From an uncultured Spirochaetota bacterium (lineage in GTDB: Bacteria > Spirochaetota > Brevinematia > Brevinematales > JAOACQ01), in assembly GCA_963768055.1 (NCBI GenBank), contig CAVYGN010000002.1, forward strand, positions 288,001 to 352,000: 64,000 bases of DNA, in the 5' to 3' direction. The notes under the pieces were generated by a model, which made no database searches, was not told the origin of the DNA, and saw only the letters and a list, made by a program, of their open reading frames with translations. The translations under genes and the position numbers were made by a program. Position 1 is the first letter of the stretch. The number at the start of each line of letters is the position of its first letter. Of this stretch, positions 10,541 to 21,502 are shown piece after piece.

Positions 10541-12366
10541 TTATGGTTTTTCAAACTCTAAAATAATTTTTGTACCACAGGCACGAGTACCACAGGCACG
10601 AGTACCACAGGCACGACCTTCGGCCCTTCGGGCAGAACTACCTTTCCCCCTTACTATTCTGATGGTTCCGTTAATTTGTTTTACAAGTTCGCGCACCAGT
10701 TGAAGGCCGAAACTGTTTTTATTTTCAAAACCAACCGATCCCGGCATACCGATGCCGTTATCGGCAACCGTAATAGAAACAGTATTTTCACGCTGTTTAA
10801 CCGATACTTCAATTAATCCGTTATCCATTCCAGTAAACGCATACTTCATAATATTCGTTAGAAGCTCATTGATTATTATCCCTAACGGTTGTAATATTTT
10901 TGTATCGAGTACGAAATCATCTATATTTTTCATAAGTCTGACCGATTTGCTATTCGGAAAGTTTGCGATGACTTCATCCACCAGGTTCGAAAGATAATTC
11001 ATAACCGGGATATTATCTACACCCGTAAACTGGTATAGTTTATTATATAAAATCATCATATTTTTTACACGGTTTCCGGCGTCTTTAAGAGCATCTATAG
11101 CCGAAGGATCTTTCAGGGTCCCCGCCTGGAGCATGAGAAGCTTGCAATGGTATTCATATTGTTCTTTATGCGATGATGAACTTCTTGAAGAATAAGCTCT
11201 TTTTCTTCAAGAAGTTTTTTAATTTTTCCTTCGGATTGCTTATGTTCGGTATTATCGGCGATAATTGACATCCGGCCGTTCAAATTCCCGGCAGCGTCAT
11301 AAACAGGCGCTGAAGCGATGCTCACATCTACTAACGAACCATCCTTGCGCTGACGGACAGCCTCCAGGTTGACCACCGCTTTGCCGCTCAAGACCTTGGC
11401 GCTCAGGTTGGCGTATTCCTTTTGCTTACTTTCCGGTACAATCGGATTGGGGCGGCCGATAATTTCCCGGAATGTCCAGCCGAATATTTTTTCCGCCGCA
11501 GGGTTCCATAATTGAACTTTCCCATCGAGATCAAGCAGACTGATCCCGAGCGGTGAAAAATGAACCAGGGTTTCAAGTTTAGTGGTAAGAGAGCGGAGAT
11601 TCTCTTCAGTCTGTTTGCGTTCTGTAATATCATTGGAATATCCTGTCGTACCTATTACAGCCCCATTTTTATCGATAATCGGGGTTTTATAAGTCTCGAA
11701 CCATCTGATATTACCCTGGTCGGCAATCTGTTCTTCAACCATGTATGGTTTCCCGGATTTTATAACCTTTTTATCGACCTCGACGTATCCCTGGGCAAGG
11801 TTATGCGGCCAAATATCAAAATCGGATTTCCCTACAAGGAGTTCCGGATCATTGAAATTGCAGGAAATTGCGAATTTTTTATTGACTGACAGAAACCTGC
11901 TGTCAAGATCTTTAAGCCACAGCAGCCCGGGCTGGTTTTCAATGATTGCGGACAGGTAAGATTCCCGAAGGCGCAAAGCCTCATAGGCTTCAAAAAGTTT
12001 AAAAGCCATTTTTATTGTTGCATCCAAAACCGTGATGCCTGAATTCTTTGCAATAAATCCGTATGAAGTGATCTTTTCTGTTTTCTCGACGATTTCAACT
12101 TCGGTATGATTCGACAAAAAAATTATGGGAATGTTGCGTTCTTTTAAAATCAAAATAGCAGTATCTGTGCCGTCAATACCCGGGCCCAGGTCTATATCCA
12201 TAAGAACCATATCGATATCATGCCTGTTCCCGAATATTTTAATCGCTTCTTCCCCGGCTTTTGCTATGATTATATTATAGCCGTATTTCTCGAGGGCCAT
12301 TTTCTCCTGCATGGCTATGATTACTTCATCTTCGACAAGCAGAATGGTTTTCTGAATTTTATTCAT
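10541..12366 (-). pseudogene. Receiver-PAS-PAS-HisKA_2 sensor kinase split by a 1-nt deletion near 11140
   Basis: ILLVEDE..LMDIDL receiver, two PAS domains, EVHHRIKNN H-box; adding one C to agc ttc tca joins to LLMLQAG..NELLTN..DNGIG. Confidence 0.85.
10572..10616. repeat. 3 x 15-bp perfect tandem repeat GTACCACAGGCACGA inside kinase 3' end
   Basis: Read directly; encodes (RACGT)3. Confidence 0.95.
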
Positions 12367-12483
12367 TCCATCTTTCCTTGATGAATAATAGTATTATATT
12401 AGTTAATTAATGTCAATACCTGAATTTAAAATGAAAGGACCCGTGTCTTTGCAGGGTGGTGCCCGGATATTTTAAAAGTTTTT

Positions 12484-12594
12484 GGGCACTTCTAATAACC
12501 GCCTTTTTAAGGCGGATAGGTAGTGCCCATTGGGCGGATTATAAATAATTAGAATACTAATTGTTAACAACATTGGTAATTATTGGAACCGCCC
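12484..12594. mobile_element. MITE-like repeat, copy 1 (shortest form)
   Basis: Ends GGGCACTTCTAA / TTGGAACCGCCC; homologous to 21503-21653 and 38423-38591. Confidence 0.75.
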
Positions 12595-12600
12595 TTTATT

Positions 12601-12714
12601 CTATTCTTTTTTTGCCGGCTGTTTGTCCAATTTCTTTTTTGTTTCCTGCTTCAATTTGTCATCATGCTGCTTTTGCTGTTTTTCCTTGTTCTTCTTACCC
12701 TTCTTATCGCCCAT
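12601..12714 (-). CDS. Small Lys-rich protein, 37 aa (MGDKKGKKNKEKQQKQ...)
   Basis: GGGGAGG RBS before ATG, clean TAG; below ORF-track cutoff. Confidence 0.6.
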   Translation of the reverse strand: MGDKKGKKNKEKQQKQHDDKLKQETKKKLDKQPAKKE

Positions 12715-12931
12715 TAATAACCTCCCCGGTATATTTATATCCACCAGCATTGCATATTAAAAAATAAAAGGGAAACCCTTCGTTTTAAAATACCCTCTAT
12801 ATAGAAGGCTTTTACATAGGACTGCTAATTATCGGATATAGTATTATATTAGATAAGTAATATCATCGTGTAAAGTAAAATGAGAGGATTTTTCTAACAT
12901 TTACTTATTTTCATTAGAATCGATTCGGCCC

Positions 12932-13780
12932 CTACGCCAGTCCCCTTCCGACCTGGTTGACCGCCCTCGAAAGGGTTTCGTCGGCGGTCTGGATAACCTT
13001 TTGATTGGCTTCATAAAGGCGGTTGATCTCGATCATTCTGGTCATCTCGACAACGGGGTCTACGTTGGATTTCTCTATGAATCCCTGGTGGACCTGGGGC
13101 CTCGAATTGCCGTCGATTATCGCCGCCTTGCCTGAAAAATCGCTTTCCTTGTACATGGTGTAGCCGTCTTTTTGAAGGTAGCGCCTTTCGGGAAAATCTA
13201 CGATTTTAAGCCTGTCGATCTTCGTCATATTCTTCCATTCGTTGCCCGTTTTATCCACAAAATCCCCCGGTTTATAATCCAGGTTTTCATAAACGTTACC
13301 GTCTTTATCTATCTGAAAGTTGTTCCTTTCAAGCAGGATGTTCCCATTTTCCCCCATGAGTTTATTCCCATGTATATCCGTAAGATAACCTTCGTTGTCA
13401 ATTTTGAAATTCCCGTTCCTGGTATACCTTTCGCCCTCATCAGTCATGACCGTGAAAAAGCCCTCTCCGTCAAGAGCCAGGTCGAAATCGTTGGAGGTTT
13501 CCATGAGGCTTCCCTGTTCGAACCTTATATACGATTCGTTGAATTCGACACCGGTCCCAAGCTTGCCTACTACAGGGGCAAGATCGTAACTCCCCAGGGG
13601 GAACCTGACCTGCCCGTCGTCATTCTCCCTGCGTATCAGCATCTCGGGAAAAGACTTTGTTACAGTGGTCTCTTTTTTATAACCGTCCGTATTTACATTA
13701 GCCAGGTTGTTGGCGACGGTGTTCAACTCTTCCATCGTTACCATCATTCCGCTTGCGCCTGTAAAAATACTTCTGACCAT
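12932..13780 (-). CDS. flgF: Flagellar basal-body rod protein FlgF/FlgG family
   Basis: ANNLANVNTDGYK, YTRNGNF, EKSNVDPVVEM. Confidence 0.8.
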   Translation of the reverse strand: MVRSIFTGASGMMVTMEELNTVANNLANVNTDGYKKETTVTKSFPEMLIRRENDDGQVRFPLGSYDLAPVVGKLGTGVEFNESYIRFEQGSLMETSNDFDLALDGEGFFTVMTDEGERYTRNGNFKIDNEGYLTDIHGNKLMGENGNILLERNNFQIDKDGNVYENLDYKPGDFVDKTGNEWKNMTKIDRLKIVDFPERRYLQKDGYTMYKESDFSGKAAIIDGNSRPQVHQGFIEKSNVDPVVEMTRMIEINRLYEANQKVIQTADETLSRAVNQVGRGLA

Positions 13781-13978
13781 AAATACCTCCGAAACCTTAT
13801 TCAAAATATCGGCCTAATAAAATAAATATTGAGCGGTAACGGAAATTTACAGGGAGACGCAGAGGCACGGAGAGGTTCATCATACCGGGATTGCCAACAT
13901 ATATCATTATTTGTTAGTAACCGCTGTTATTGTTATATTATATTCCTACTCGTAAAATTAATCCTTAAAAGGTGAATT

Positions 13979-14840
13979 ATGACAAAAAATGACCTCGCAT
14001 CGATCCCCGAAAAAAAGGCAAGGGAATGGTCGCTTGTCCTTTCAGCCATGAATATACCGCATGGCCGTGAACTACAAGGGGATGATTCGTCTGTAATTGT
14101 TCCTGAAACATCCCTTGAAGAATCATTAAAACAGATAGACCTATACGAACAGGAGAATAAAGTCGAAACCATAAAAGAATTTCCGCATACCTCGCCCCTG
14201 GCGTCGGTTCTCTCAGTATTCCTCACCCTTTTCATTTTCCAGACATTTCTCTACCGGACAGGTTCTTATGATGACTGGCTTAAGGCGGGAAATTCATCGA
14301 ACCTGGATATCAGGAACGGCGCATTCTGGAGAATTTTTACAGCAATGACGCTTCATGCCCGGCATGGCCCATTTCCTTTCAAACGCATTCATGGGCAGTG
14401 TTGTTTTTTACAGCCTTTTTTCCATAACCGGCTCCGGGATAGGCCTCTTCCTTGCAATAATGGCAGGTGCCGCCGGTAATCTGGCCACCGCTTTAATTTT
14501 ACCTTTGGAATACCACAGTATCGGGGCTTCCGGTTCGATATTCGGCGCTTTCGGCATCCTCGCCGCTTACAGGATCATCAGGAGTCCGGCACGGATCACA
14601 AAACCGGACTGGAAACCCGCCGCCGCCGCTCTGGCATTCCTGGGTTTCCTCGGCACAGCGGCAGGTTCCGACTTTTATGGGCATTTTTTTTCTCTTCTGG
14701 CCGGATTTTTGATAGGTTTTTCCGCGGCAGCGCTATCCCCGAAAGAGAAACTGCCGCCCGCGGGTTTACGGGCAGTATTCGCTATGCTGTCAATCATCGT
14801 AATAATTATTTCATGGTACATGGCCATGGATCGATTTTAA
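13979..14840 (+). pseudogene. Rhomboid intramembrane serine protease with 1-nt insertion at 14358-14360
   Basis: WRIFTAMTLH, HFLSN, GASG, GHF; removing one C gives LHAGMAHFLSN. Confidence 0.85.
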
Positions 14841-14884
14841 TTAAAGGGCGGCCCTGCCGATCATTATATTATAGACAAAAAATC

Positions 14885-15407
14885 GAAACCACTGATTTCA
14901 CAGATGACACTGATTTTAATTTTTGAAGAATCAGTGTAATCGTTTTTTAATTATGAATATGAATAAATTAACTAATAATGATCCACGGACATATGAAATT
15001 ATTGGAGCGGCAATTAATGTCCATAAAGAAATGGGTTCGGGTTTTCTAGAAGCTATATATCAGGAATGTCTTGAAATTGAATTTAGGCTGAAGAAAATAC
15101 CATACGAATCACAACCATTGCTTAAGGTTTTCTATAAAGGTGAAGAATTGAAGAAGTATTACATACCTGATTTTATTATTTATGAACAAATAATTTTAGA
15201 AATAAAAGCAGAACGATACTTAACGAGAGTGGATGAAGCTCAAATCATAAACAGTCTAAAGAATTCTGGAAAGAAGGTAGGTTTACTTATTAACTTTGGA
15301 GAAAGTTCATTAAAATTTAAGCGGTTTGTTTATTAATATAGCTTTAATTATAATTTTGTACTGATTTCACAGAAATTATCAATGAAATCAGTGAAATCTG
15401 TGGTTTC
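14885..15407. mobile_element. GxxExxY cassette 1 bounded by 21-bp imperfect inverted repeats
   Basis: GAAACCACTGATTTCACAGAT (14885-14905) vs ATCAGTGAAATCTGTGGTTTC (15387-15407), 2 mismatches; mobility inferred. Confidence 0.6.
14953..15336 (+). CDS. GxxExxY family protein (PD-(D/E)XK nuclease-like)
   Basis: GSGFLEAIY, PDFII..LEIKA, GLLINFG. Confidence 0.92.
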   Translation: MNMNKLTNNDPRTYEIIGAAINVHKEMGSGFLEAIYQECLEIEFRLKKIPYESQPLLKVFYKGEELKKYYIPDFIIYEQIILEIKAERYLTRVDEAQIINSLKNSGKKVGLLINFGESSLKFKRFVY

Positions 15408-15454
15408 AACAGTTGATGATACAAAATATTTTTTCATTTGGATAAAATATTTTT

Positions 15455-16780
15455 ATGATTATTCGAAAATTACGAATCATTATTCCCGCAATATTTATAT
15501 ATTTATTCACAAGTTTATATGCCTCTCCTCCGACGCCATATAGCCAATCCGGGCTTTCAGGTCTTATCAAAGACCTCGTAATAATGAATCGTCTTGAAGA
15601 TTTTGACAGGCTGCGCCTTAATAACCCGGAAAGATTTTCAAACCTTGACCTGTGCGAGGGTTTTTATGAAACCGGCACCTCTTTTTACACTACAAAAAAA
15701 AGAATGCTGTCCCTTAAAACTTTTCTGAAAGGCGCTTTAATATTTCAGGACAGTCCGTATAAAGAGTACTGCATGCTCTACGCCGCGAAGATCTACTATC
15801 AGAAAAACAATAGGAACAGCGCCCTGTTTTATATCAACAGGGGCATTGAAATGGGCAATGCTGATAAATCATTCCTTGAAGAAGCTGAAAAGCTCAAGCG
15901 TAGGATCCGATGGGAATATATTGACAGCTCTGCCGGCCTGCCTGACAACAGCATCAGCGCTATCGGATTCGACGGAGACGATGTATGGATCGGAATGTGG
16001 GTGGGGGGATTATGCCGCTTTACAAGGAGTTCGCGAAAACTTACCAGATTTACTTCTGCCGGAGGGCTTATATCGGGTCATGTAAGGAGCCTGGCCGTTA
16101 CCAAAGACAGGGTATGGGTCGGCACTTACGAGGGCCTTTTCAGCTTCGACAAGAAGAGGGAAAAGTGGTCCAGGGAAAAAAGCGAACTCGGAAGCGTCCC
16201 AGTTAAACAGTTAAAAACGTTCGGCGGCAGGTTGTATGCCGCTACTCTCGGCAACGGGCTTTATATGCTTGACGGGATATCGTCAAGATGGAAGAGGATC
16301 TTTCATCAGGGGTCCCAGGTGAGCGACATTCTGCTCTCAGGAGGTATTCTTTATATCGCTACTCTTGACAGCGGTTTGTATATCCATAAGGATGGGACCG
16401 ATCTGAAGATACTGAGTGACTGCTCCCCTAAATCGATCTGCATGCACGGGGGTCTTCTCTGGGTGGGGACACATGGAAACGGCATTTTCCTGCTGGACTC
16501 TAAAAACTCTGTAGTCAAACATATAACAACGGCAAACGGCCTGACTTCGGATTACATCGAATCGGTCCGGGACAGGAATAACAGCGTTTTCATCGGGACT
16601 CTCGGCGGCGGCGCAATGTCGTACAATTTTTTATCGCGCCGCTGGTCTTTTGTCAGCGTCCTGGGCGGCCTGCCTTCGGACGACGTTGTAGATATCAATT
16701 TCGAGAAAAACAGGATATGGTTCGGGACGCTGTCCGGAGGGATAGGGATACTCTTGACGGAGAATTTTGACGATATTTAA
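15455..16780 (+). CDS. Secreted TPR-like + ligand-binding beta-propeller protein
   Basis: Repeated GLP.NSI..I...WIG / WVGT.GG blades after a helical N-terminus. Confidence 0.75.
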   Translation: MIIRKLRIIIPAIFIYLFTSLYASPPTPYSQSGLSGLIKDLVIMNRLEDFDRLRLNNPERFSNLDLCEGFYETGTSFYTTKKRMLSLKTFLKGALIFQDSPYKEYCMLYAAKIYYQKNNRNSALFYINRGIEMGNADKSFLEEAEKLKRRIRWEYIDSSAGLPDNSISAIGFDGDDVWIGMWVGGLCRFTRSSRKLTRFTSAGGLISGHVRSLAVTKDRVWVGTYEGLFSFDKKREKWSREKSELGSVPVKQLKTFGGRLYAATLGNGLYMLDGISSRWKRIFHQGSQVSDILLSGGILYIATLDSGLYIHKDGTDLKILSDCSPKSICMHGGLLWVGTHGNGIFLLDSKNSVVKHITTANGLTSDYIESVRDRNNSVFIGTLGGGAMSYNFLSRRWSFVSVLGGLPSDDVVDINFEKNRIWFGTLSGGIGILLTENFDDI

Positions 16781-16801
16781 ATTTATAAAAATAAACTGGT
16801 T

Positions 16802-17253
16802 TTACACAGAGGCACAGAGGAACGGAGAGTTTTATTGGAAACAAAAAAAACAGAAATTAATAAGCTTACTGAGAAAATAATAGGGCTAGTAATTGAAGTA
16901 CATCGTAACCTTGGTCCAGGTCTTCTAGAAAATGTTTATAAAAAATGTCTTTCTTATGAATTAAAGCAAGCTAAGATTGATTTTGAATTAGAAAAAGAAT
17001 TGCCAATTTATTACAAGGGTATAAAAATTGATTGCAATTATAGATTGGATATAATAATAAACAAAATACTAATTCTTGAATTAAAAAGTGTTGATAAATT
17101 AATGCCTGTTCATGAAGCTCAAATATTAACTTATATGAAACTTACCAATACGCCTGTTGGATTGCTTATTAATTTTAATGAAGCTATTGTTATAAATGGT
17201 ATAAAAAGGTTTTTATTAAAACAATAGCTCCGTGCCTCTGTGCCTCCGTGTAA
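16802..17253. mobile_element. GxxExxY cassette 2 bounded by 26-bp imperfect inverted repeats
   Basis: TTACACAGAGGCACAGAGGAACGGAG (16802-16827) vs CTCCGTGCCTCTGTGCCTCCGTGTAA (17228-17253), 2 mismatches; mobility inferred. Confidence 0.65.
16835..17227 (+). CDS. GxxExxY family protein
   Basis: GPGLLENVY, RLDII..LELKSV, HEAQILTY, GLLINFN. Confidence 0.93.
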   Translation: METKKTEINKLTEKIIGLVIEVHRNLGPGLLENVYKKCLSYELKQAKIDFELEKELPIYYKGIKIDCNYRLDIIINKILILELKSVDKLMPVHEAQILTYMKLTNTPVGLLINFNEAIVINGIKRFLLKQ

Positions 17254-17314
17254 TCCTCCGAAGGCATTTATGGCAATATCTGGCAGAAATATATAATAAA
17301 GGTAAAGGTATTTT

Positions 17315-18868
17315 ATGAAACTTGCATTAAAGGAAGATATCTACCGGATCGATAGGGAATGCGCCGAGAAGTTCGGGCTGACGCCCCTGCTTTTGATGGA
17401 AAACGCCGGAGGCGCGGCTTATAATATCATTAAAGATGTTATCCCCGGATATAGGCAAAAGAAATTCCTTGTACTTTGCGGTCCGGGCAATAACGGAGGC
17501 GACGGAGCTGTACTTGCGCGGCGGTTGTTCTCTTCAGGGATAAATGTAAGGGTCATATACACCGGGTCGATGGAAAAAACCTCTTCCGAAGCCTCGATAA
17601 ATTTTTCTATAATCGAGAAAATCGGGGTTAAAATCAATAAGTTTCCTCCTGATTTTTCAGATCTAATTGAAGCAGCCGGACAGTGCGATGTAATGGTGGA
17701 TGCAATTTTCGGCATCGGGTTTCATGGCGAACCGGATGATCTCACAAAAAAAATCATCGATTCGATCAATAAATCGGGGAAAAAGGTGATATCCCTGGAC
17801 ATACCCTCGGGGCTCCAGGCGGACGGGCGGGCGTCGGGGCACTGCGTTAAAGCGGATTACACAATAACGTTCGGGCTCGCCAAGTTAGGAATGGCCGACT
17901 TTCCCGGAAGGGACCTGGCCGGAAAGATCCTTACCGACCCTATATCAATTCCGCCGAAATTACTGGAGGATCCTTCGATTAAAAACAATCTCATTACATT
18001 CGGCGATATTCAACACGCATATTCCCCAAGAAAACGCGACACAAATAAGGGGTCCTTCGGCCATCTCCTGATCGCCGGAGTGCAGATGAGCGGCGCTGTC
18101 ATTCTTGCCGGCGTAGGCGCCCTTAAATCCGGAACGGGACTCTTAACAATAGCCGCACCGGAAAAGATCTTACCGGCTATACGGAGAAAACTCCCGGAGG
18201 CTATAACCCTGCCCCTCAATGCGGACAATACAGAGGAAACCATCAAAATTCTGGGCGGTTTCATCAAGGAAAGAAAAATACGGACGGTCCTCGCAGGGAA
18301 CGGTTTCGGCACGGGGCCTTTCCAGAAATCTTTGATGCAATTTTTGCTGGCAAACGGCCAGCTTGAAAGACTCGTCATCGACGCCGACGGGCTTAACAAT
18401 ATAGCGGGCGACCGGGACCTGGCGCTTATGTTAAAAAACTCTAAGATGGATAAAATACTTACGCCTCATATCGGAGAGATGGCAAGGCTCCTCAATACTG
18501 ATAACTTGCGGGTAAAAAACAACAAGGCCGAATGCGCAAGACAATTTGCAAGGGAGTACAAGCTTTATCTCGTTTTAAAAGATGCGGTAAGCGTCATCGC
18601 CGAACCCCGGGGCGATATTTATATAAGCGATCGCGGCAGTTCAAGCCTTGCAAAGGGCGGGAGCGGGGACATTCTGGCGGGCATAATCTCAGGCCTATGG
18701 GCATCGGGCTATCCGCCCCTCGCGGCATGCCAGCTGGGAACCTATCTCCTTGGAAGGGCCGGAGAAAAATACGAGGAAAAATGGGGTGCGGAATCGGCAC
18801 TCGCAAGAGATATTTTGAGAGTTGTCCCGGCTGTTTTCTCTGAGATCAATCGGGGGATTTCCAGATAA
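17315..18868 (+). CDS. nnr: Bifunctional NAD(P)H-hydrate epimerase/dehydratase
   Basis: LMENAG, GPGNNGGDG, DIPSG, DADGLN, TPHIGEM, KGGSGDILAG. Confidence 0.93.
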   Translation: MKLALKEDIYRIDRECAEKFGLTPLLLMENAGGAAYNIIKDVIPGYRQKKFLVLCGPGNNGGDGAVLARRLFSSGINVRVIYTGSMEKTSSEASINFSIIEKIGVKINKFPPDFSDLIEAAGQCDVMVDAIFGIGFHGEPDDLTKKIIDSINKSGKKVISLDIPSGLQADGRASGHCVKADYTITFGLAKLGMADFPGRDLAGKILTDPISIPPKLLEDPSIKNNLITFGDIQHAYSPRKRDTNKGSFGHLLIAGVQMSGAVILAGVGALKSGTGLLTIAAPEKILPAIRRKLPEAITLPLNADNTEETIKILGGFIKERKIRTVLAGNGFGTGPFQKSLMQFLLANGQLERLVIDADGLNNIAGDRDLALMLKNSKMDKILTPHIGEMARLLNTDNLRVKNNKAECARQFAREYKLYLVLKDAVSVIAEPRGDIYISDRGSSSLAKGGSGDILAGIISGLWASGYPPLAACQLGTYLLGRAGEKYEEKWGAESALARDILRVVPAVFSEINRGISR

Positions 18869-19301
18869 CCCTGATCTTCTCCCAGGCGCTTTCTTTATAG
18901 CGTTTGAAAGTATCCCTGGTTTCCTGGCTGTTTACATCCACGGAACTTTGAAAGGCGTCCGCCTCGTTAATTATTTTATCATAAGCGTCGATTATACTCA
19001 TAGCAAGCTGCCTGTCTTCAGGGCTTAATTTAACAGAATCCGATATCTTTCTGAAAGTTTCCCTGGATTTTCTCGCCGATAAGGATACATTCCCGGCCAT
19101 CTTTCTGGCGAAACCGCTGTCATAAATGCTTCCGTAATAAGAGTCGGCGAGAAGCCCGATCGATGTATAAAGATAATACAGGTTCTCTCCCCCGAGGAAA
19201 CCTATAACCTCCAGGTTCTGCTCCTGCGTATAAGTGGCGGCTTTCAGGACTAAAAATAAAATCGTTAAAATAATGGCCTTTTTCATATCTTTCTCCTGCA
19301 T
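18846..19301 (-). CDS. Secreted hypothetical protein
   Basis: Signal-like N-terminus; directly downstream of the ATPase gene. Confidence 0.65.
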   Translation of the reverse strand: MQEKDMKKAIILTILFLVLKAATYTQEQNLEVIGFLGGENLYYLYTSIGLLADSYYGSIYDSGFARKMAGNVSLSARKSRETFRKISDSVKLSPEDRQLAMSIIDAYDKIINEADAFQSSVDVNSQETRDTFKRYKESAWEKIRVIWKSPD

Positions 19302-19303
19302 AT

Positions 19304-20461
19304 TTAATGATCTATAACCTTGCCCGGTTCAAGCCCGCTTAAAAACTCCTCACAGGGCAGGCAAAGAATTCCATCGATCTTTAATCTTTCTTTTCCACGG
19401 TAAAGAAGATATGCATTTGACTCCGGGTAATCGTCCTTAAATGCCTTGAGAGACTTAAGGTCGGATCTGTCTATCCTGCCCGAATTTTTTACTTCCAGGG
19501 CAATAAATATTTTTTTGCCGTAAACCACAAAATCCACTTCGGTGCCGGATGAAGTGCGCCAGTAATATAACCGGCTGTCCAAACCCGAATAATCGCACCA
19601 TGCAGCAAGATGTTGAGCCACAATGCCTTCCAGTGCTGCCCCATCGATTTCGGATGGCCGGTCCAGGGGTCCCGACGGCCTGATAATATGAAAAACTCCG
19701 GCATCAAAAAAGTAAAATTTAGGATGTGCCGAAACCGCCCTTTTAGCTCTCCTGTCGAATACCTGCAGGCGGAAACCGAGAAGCAGGTCTTCGAGAATAG
19801 CAATATAACCTTCGACCACCTTTCTTTCAACCGCGCATTCCCGGGCTATGTTGCTGACATTTATCACACTGCCATGAGAAAAGCTTATAGATTCAAGAAA
19901 TCGTGAAAAATTTCCAATGTTCCTTGTAAGGCCTTCCATCATTATTTCTTCTTTTAGATATAAAGAAACATAGGAATTAAGAATTTCAGCAGGATCTTCC
20001 CTGAAATATACAAGCGGAAGCATGCCTGAATTAATCGCTTTTTCAAGTTCAAAATACTTTCCAAGTTCAGACGCCAAAAAAGGATGCATATGTTTCATTA
20101 CAGCCCTTCCCGCCAGAAGGTTCACACCTGTTCTTTTAAGTTTCCGGGGGCTTGAACAGGTCATTATAAAATGCAGATCCTTCCTATCTTCAATTAATTT
20201 ATGGATAACGTCAAGCAATTCAGGGACTTTTTGTATCTCATCGATTATTACAGCCGTTTTTTCAATGCCGCCCTCTATCATTTCAATCAGCCTTTCCGGC
20301 CTTGACGCCAGAAGGCGGAAGAGATCAGGTTCGAGAAGATCCACATACAAAGCATCGGGGAATTTCTTTTTCAGCCACGAAGACTTGCCGGTTCCCCTCG
20401 GCCCAAAAAGAAATACACTTCCTTCAGATATTGTCAATGATCTTGGAATCCATTTTTCCAT
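19304..20461 (-). CDS. AAA+ ATPase with DUF4143 domain
   Basis: GPRGTGKS, IIDEIQK, LAGRA, PKFYFFD, EVDFV..ALEVK. Confidence 0.9.
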   Translation of the reverse strand: MEKWIPRSLTISEGSVFLFGPRGTGKSSWLKKKFPDALYVDLLEPDLFRLLASRPERLIEMIEGGIEKTAVIIDEIQKVPELLDVIHKLIEDRKDLHFIMTCSSPRKLKRTGVNLLAGRAVMKHMHPFLASELGKYFELEKAINSGMLPLVYFREDPAEILNSYVSLYLKEEIMMEGLTRNIGNFSRFLESISFSHGSVINVSNIARECAVERKVVEGYIAILEDLLLGFRLQVFDRRAKRAVSAHPKFYFFDAGVFHIIRPSGPLDRPSEIDGAALEGIVAQHLAAWCDYSGLDSRLYYWRTSSGTEVDFVVYGKKIFIALEVKNSGRIDRSDLKSLKAFKDDYPESNAYLLYRGKERLKIDGILCLPCEEFLSGLEPGKVIDH

Positions 20462-20661
20462 ATTTGGTCCATTTTTGGAATTATAACTTCCAATATTCTA
20501 AAATAATTTTTATCTGTTGTCAAGCAAGAGAATTGCATCAAGGGATAAGGCTGCCGGAAAGCGATACAAGCTGCGCCATCTCCGTGTTCATTGGCGTGGC
20601 TTAGCGGAAAACCTCAGAAGCTACGCTAATATAGCGTTGAATTGTAACAAATAATAATACT

Positions 20662-21492
20662 TCAATCGTTCACAACATTTTTCAATTGATTGGATATTAT
20701 GTCATAATCATTTGAGAAATCTATAGTACGGTCGTTTTCCCTGGGATAAATTATTGCCGTTACAACGGCTTTAGTGCCGTTCTGGTAAGGATACACGGTT
20801 AAATATATATCAGCCCTGGAGCTAGACGGCCCTTCAAAGGCAAAATATGATTTAACCATTTTCCCGGAAACCGGATCAATCGAAGGCTTATTCTGAACAT
20901 TCAGAAGCCTTTGAAAATTACCATTGATGGAATCAGGGTTATATTTCGAGATATATTCGAAACTTGCGACAAGATAAATATCCCTTGCAAAATCCGTATA
21001 AATCTGGCCGGCGTTTTTATAGTAGCTTCCCGAACTATAAACTAATAATTCAGAGTGTATCTTATCCTTGATGCCGCTATATTCAAGTATGTACTGGATA
21101 TTACCCGGTTCGCTATTCTTTTTACAGGTTAAAAACAAATTAAAATCGCTCTTGCCGTTATACTGCCTTTGTAAAATAATTGTATTCGATATGGATATAT
21201 ATTTCTTCCCATCCAGTAAAAAGCCTGCAGGATAATCAGTGTAGCCGTTAACATAATCGTAGATTTTCCAGCCCTGGTCGCCTTTAAACAGTACGGCATC
21301 TATCATGGAGCTGTTATTCGAGATATATTCGCCGGAGAGGGCAGGATTTTTAACTCCGGCGGGCGCTTTAATCGTTAAAAAAATTCCTCTTCCGACGCCG
21401 TAATCGGTTTTAACAATATCTAATTGGCATGAAGAACACGCTGTTATTAATATTAAAGGTAAAAAATAACGGAACATTTCCCTGACCTCCAA
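20662..21492 (-). CDS. Putative lipoprotein
   Basis: LILITAC lipobox-like signal. Confidence 0.65.
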   Translation of the reverse strand: MEVREMFRYFLPLILITACSSCQLDIVKTDYGVGRGIFLTIKAPAGVKNPALSGEYISNNSSMIDAVLFKGDQGWKIYDYVNGYTDYPAGFLLDGKKYISISNTIILQRQYNGKSDFNLFLTCKKNSEPGNIQYILEYSGIKDKIHSELLVYSSGSYYKNAGQIYTDFARDIYLVASFEYISKYNPDSINGNFQRLLNVQNKPSIDPVSGKMVKSYFAFEGPSSSRADIYLTVYPYQNGTKAVVTAIIYPRENDRTIDFSNDYDIISNQLKNVVND

Positions 21493-21502
21493 ACATGCAT
21501 GA

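Noticed and set aside
13172..13825. Long antisense ORFs such as 13172-13825, 62105-62824 and 2953-3498
   Set aside because: Shadows of well-supported genes on the opposite strand
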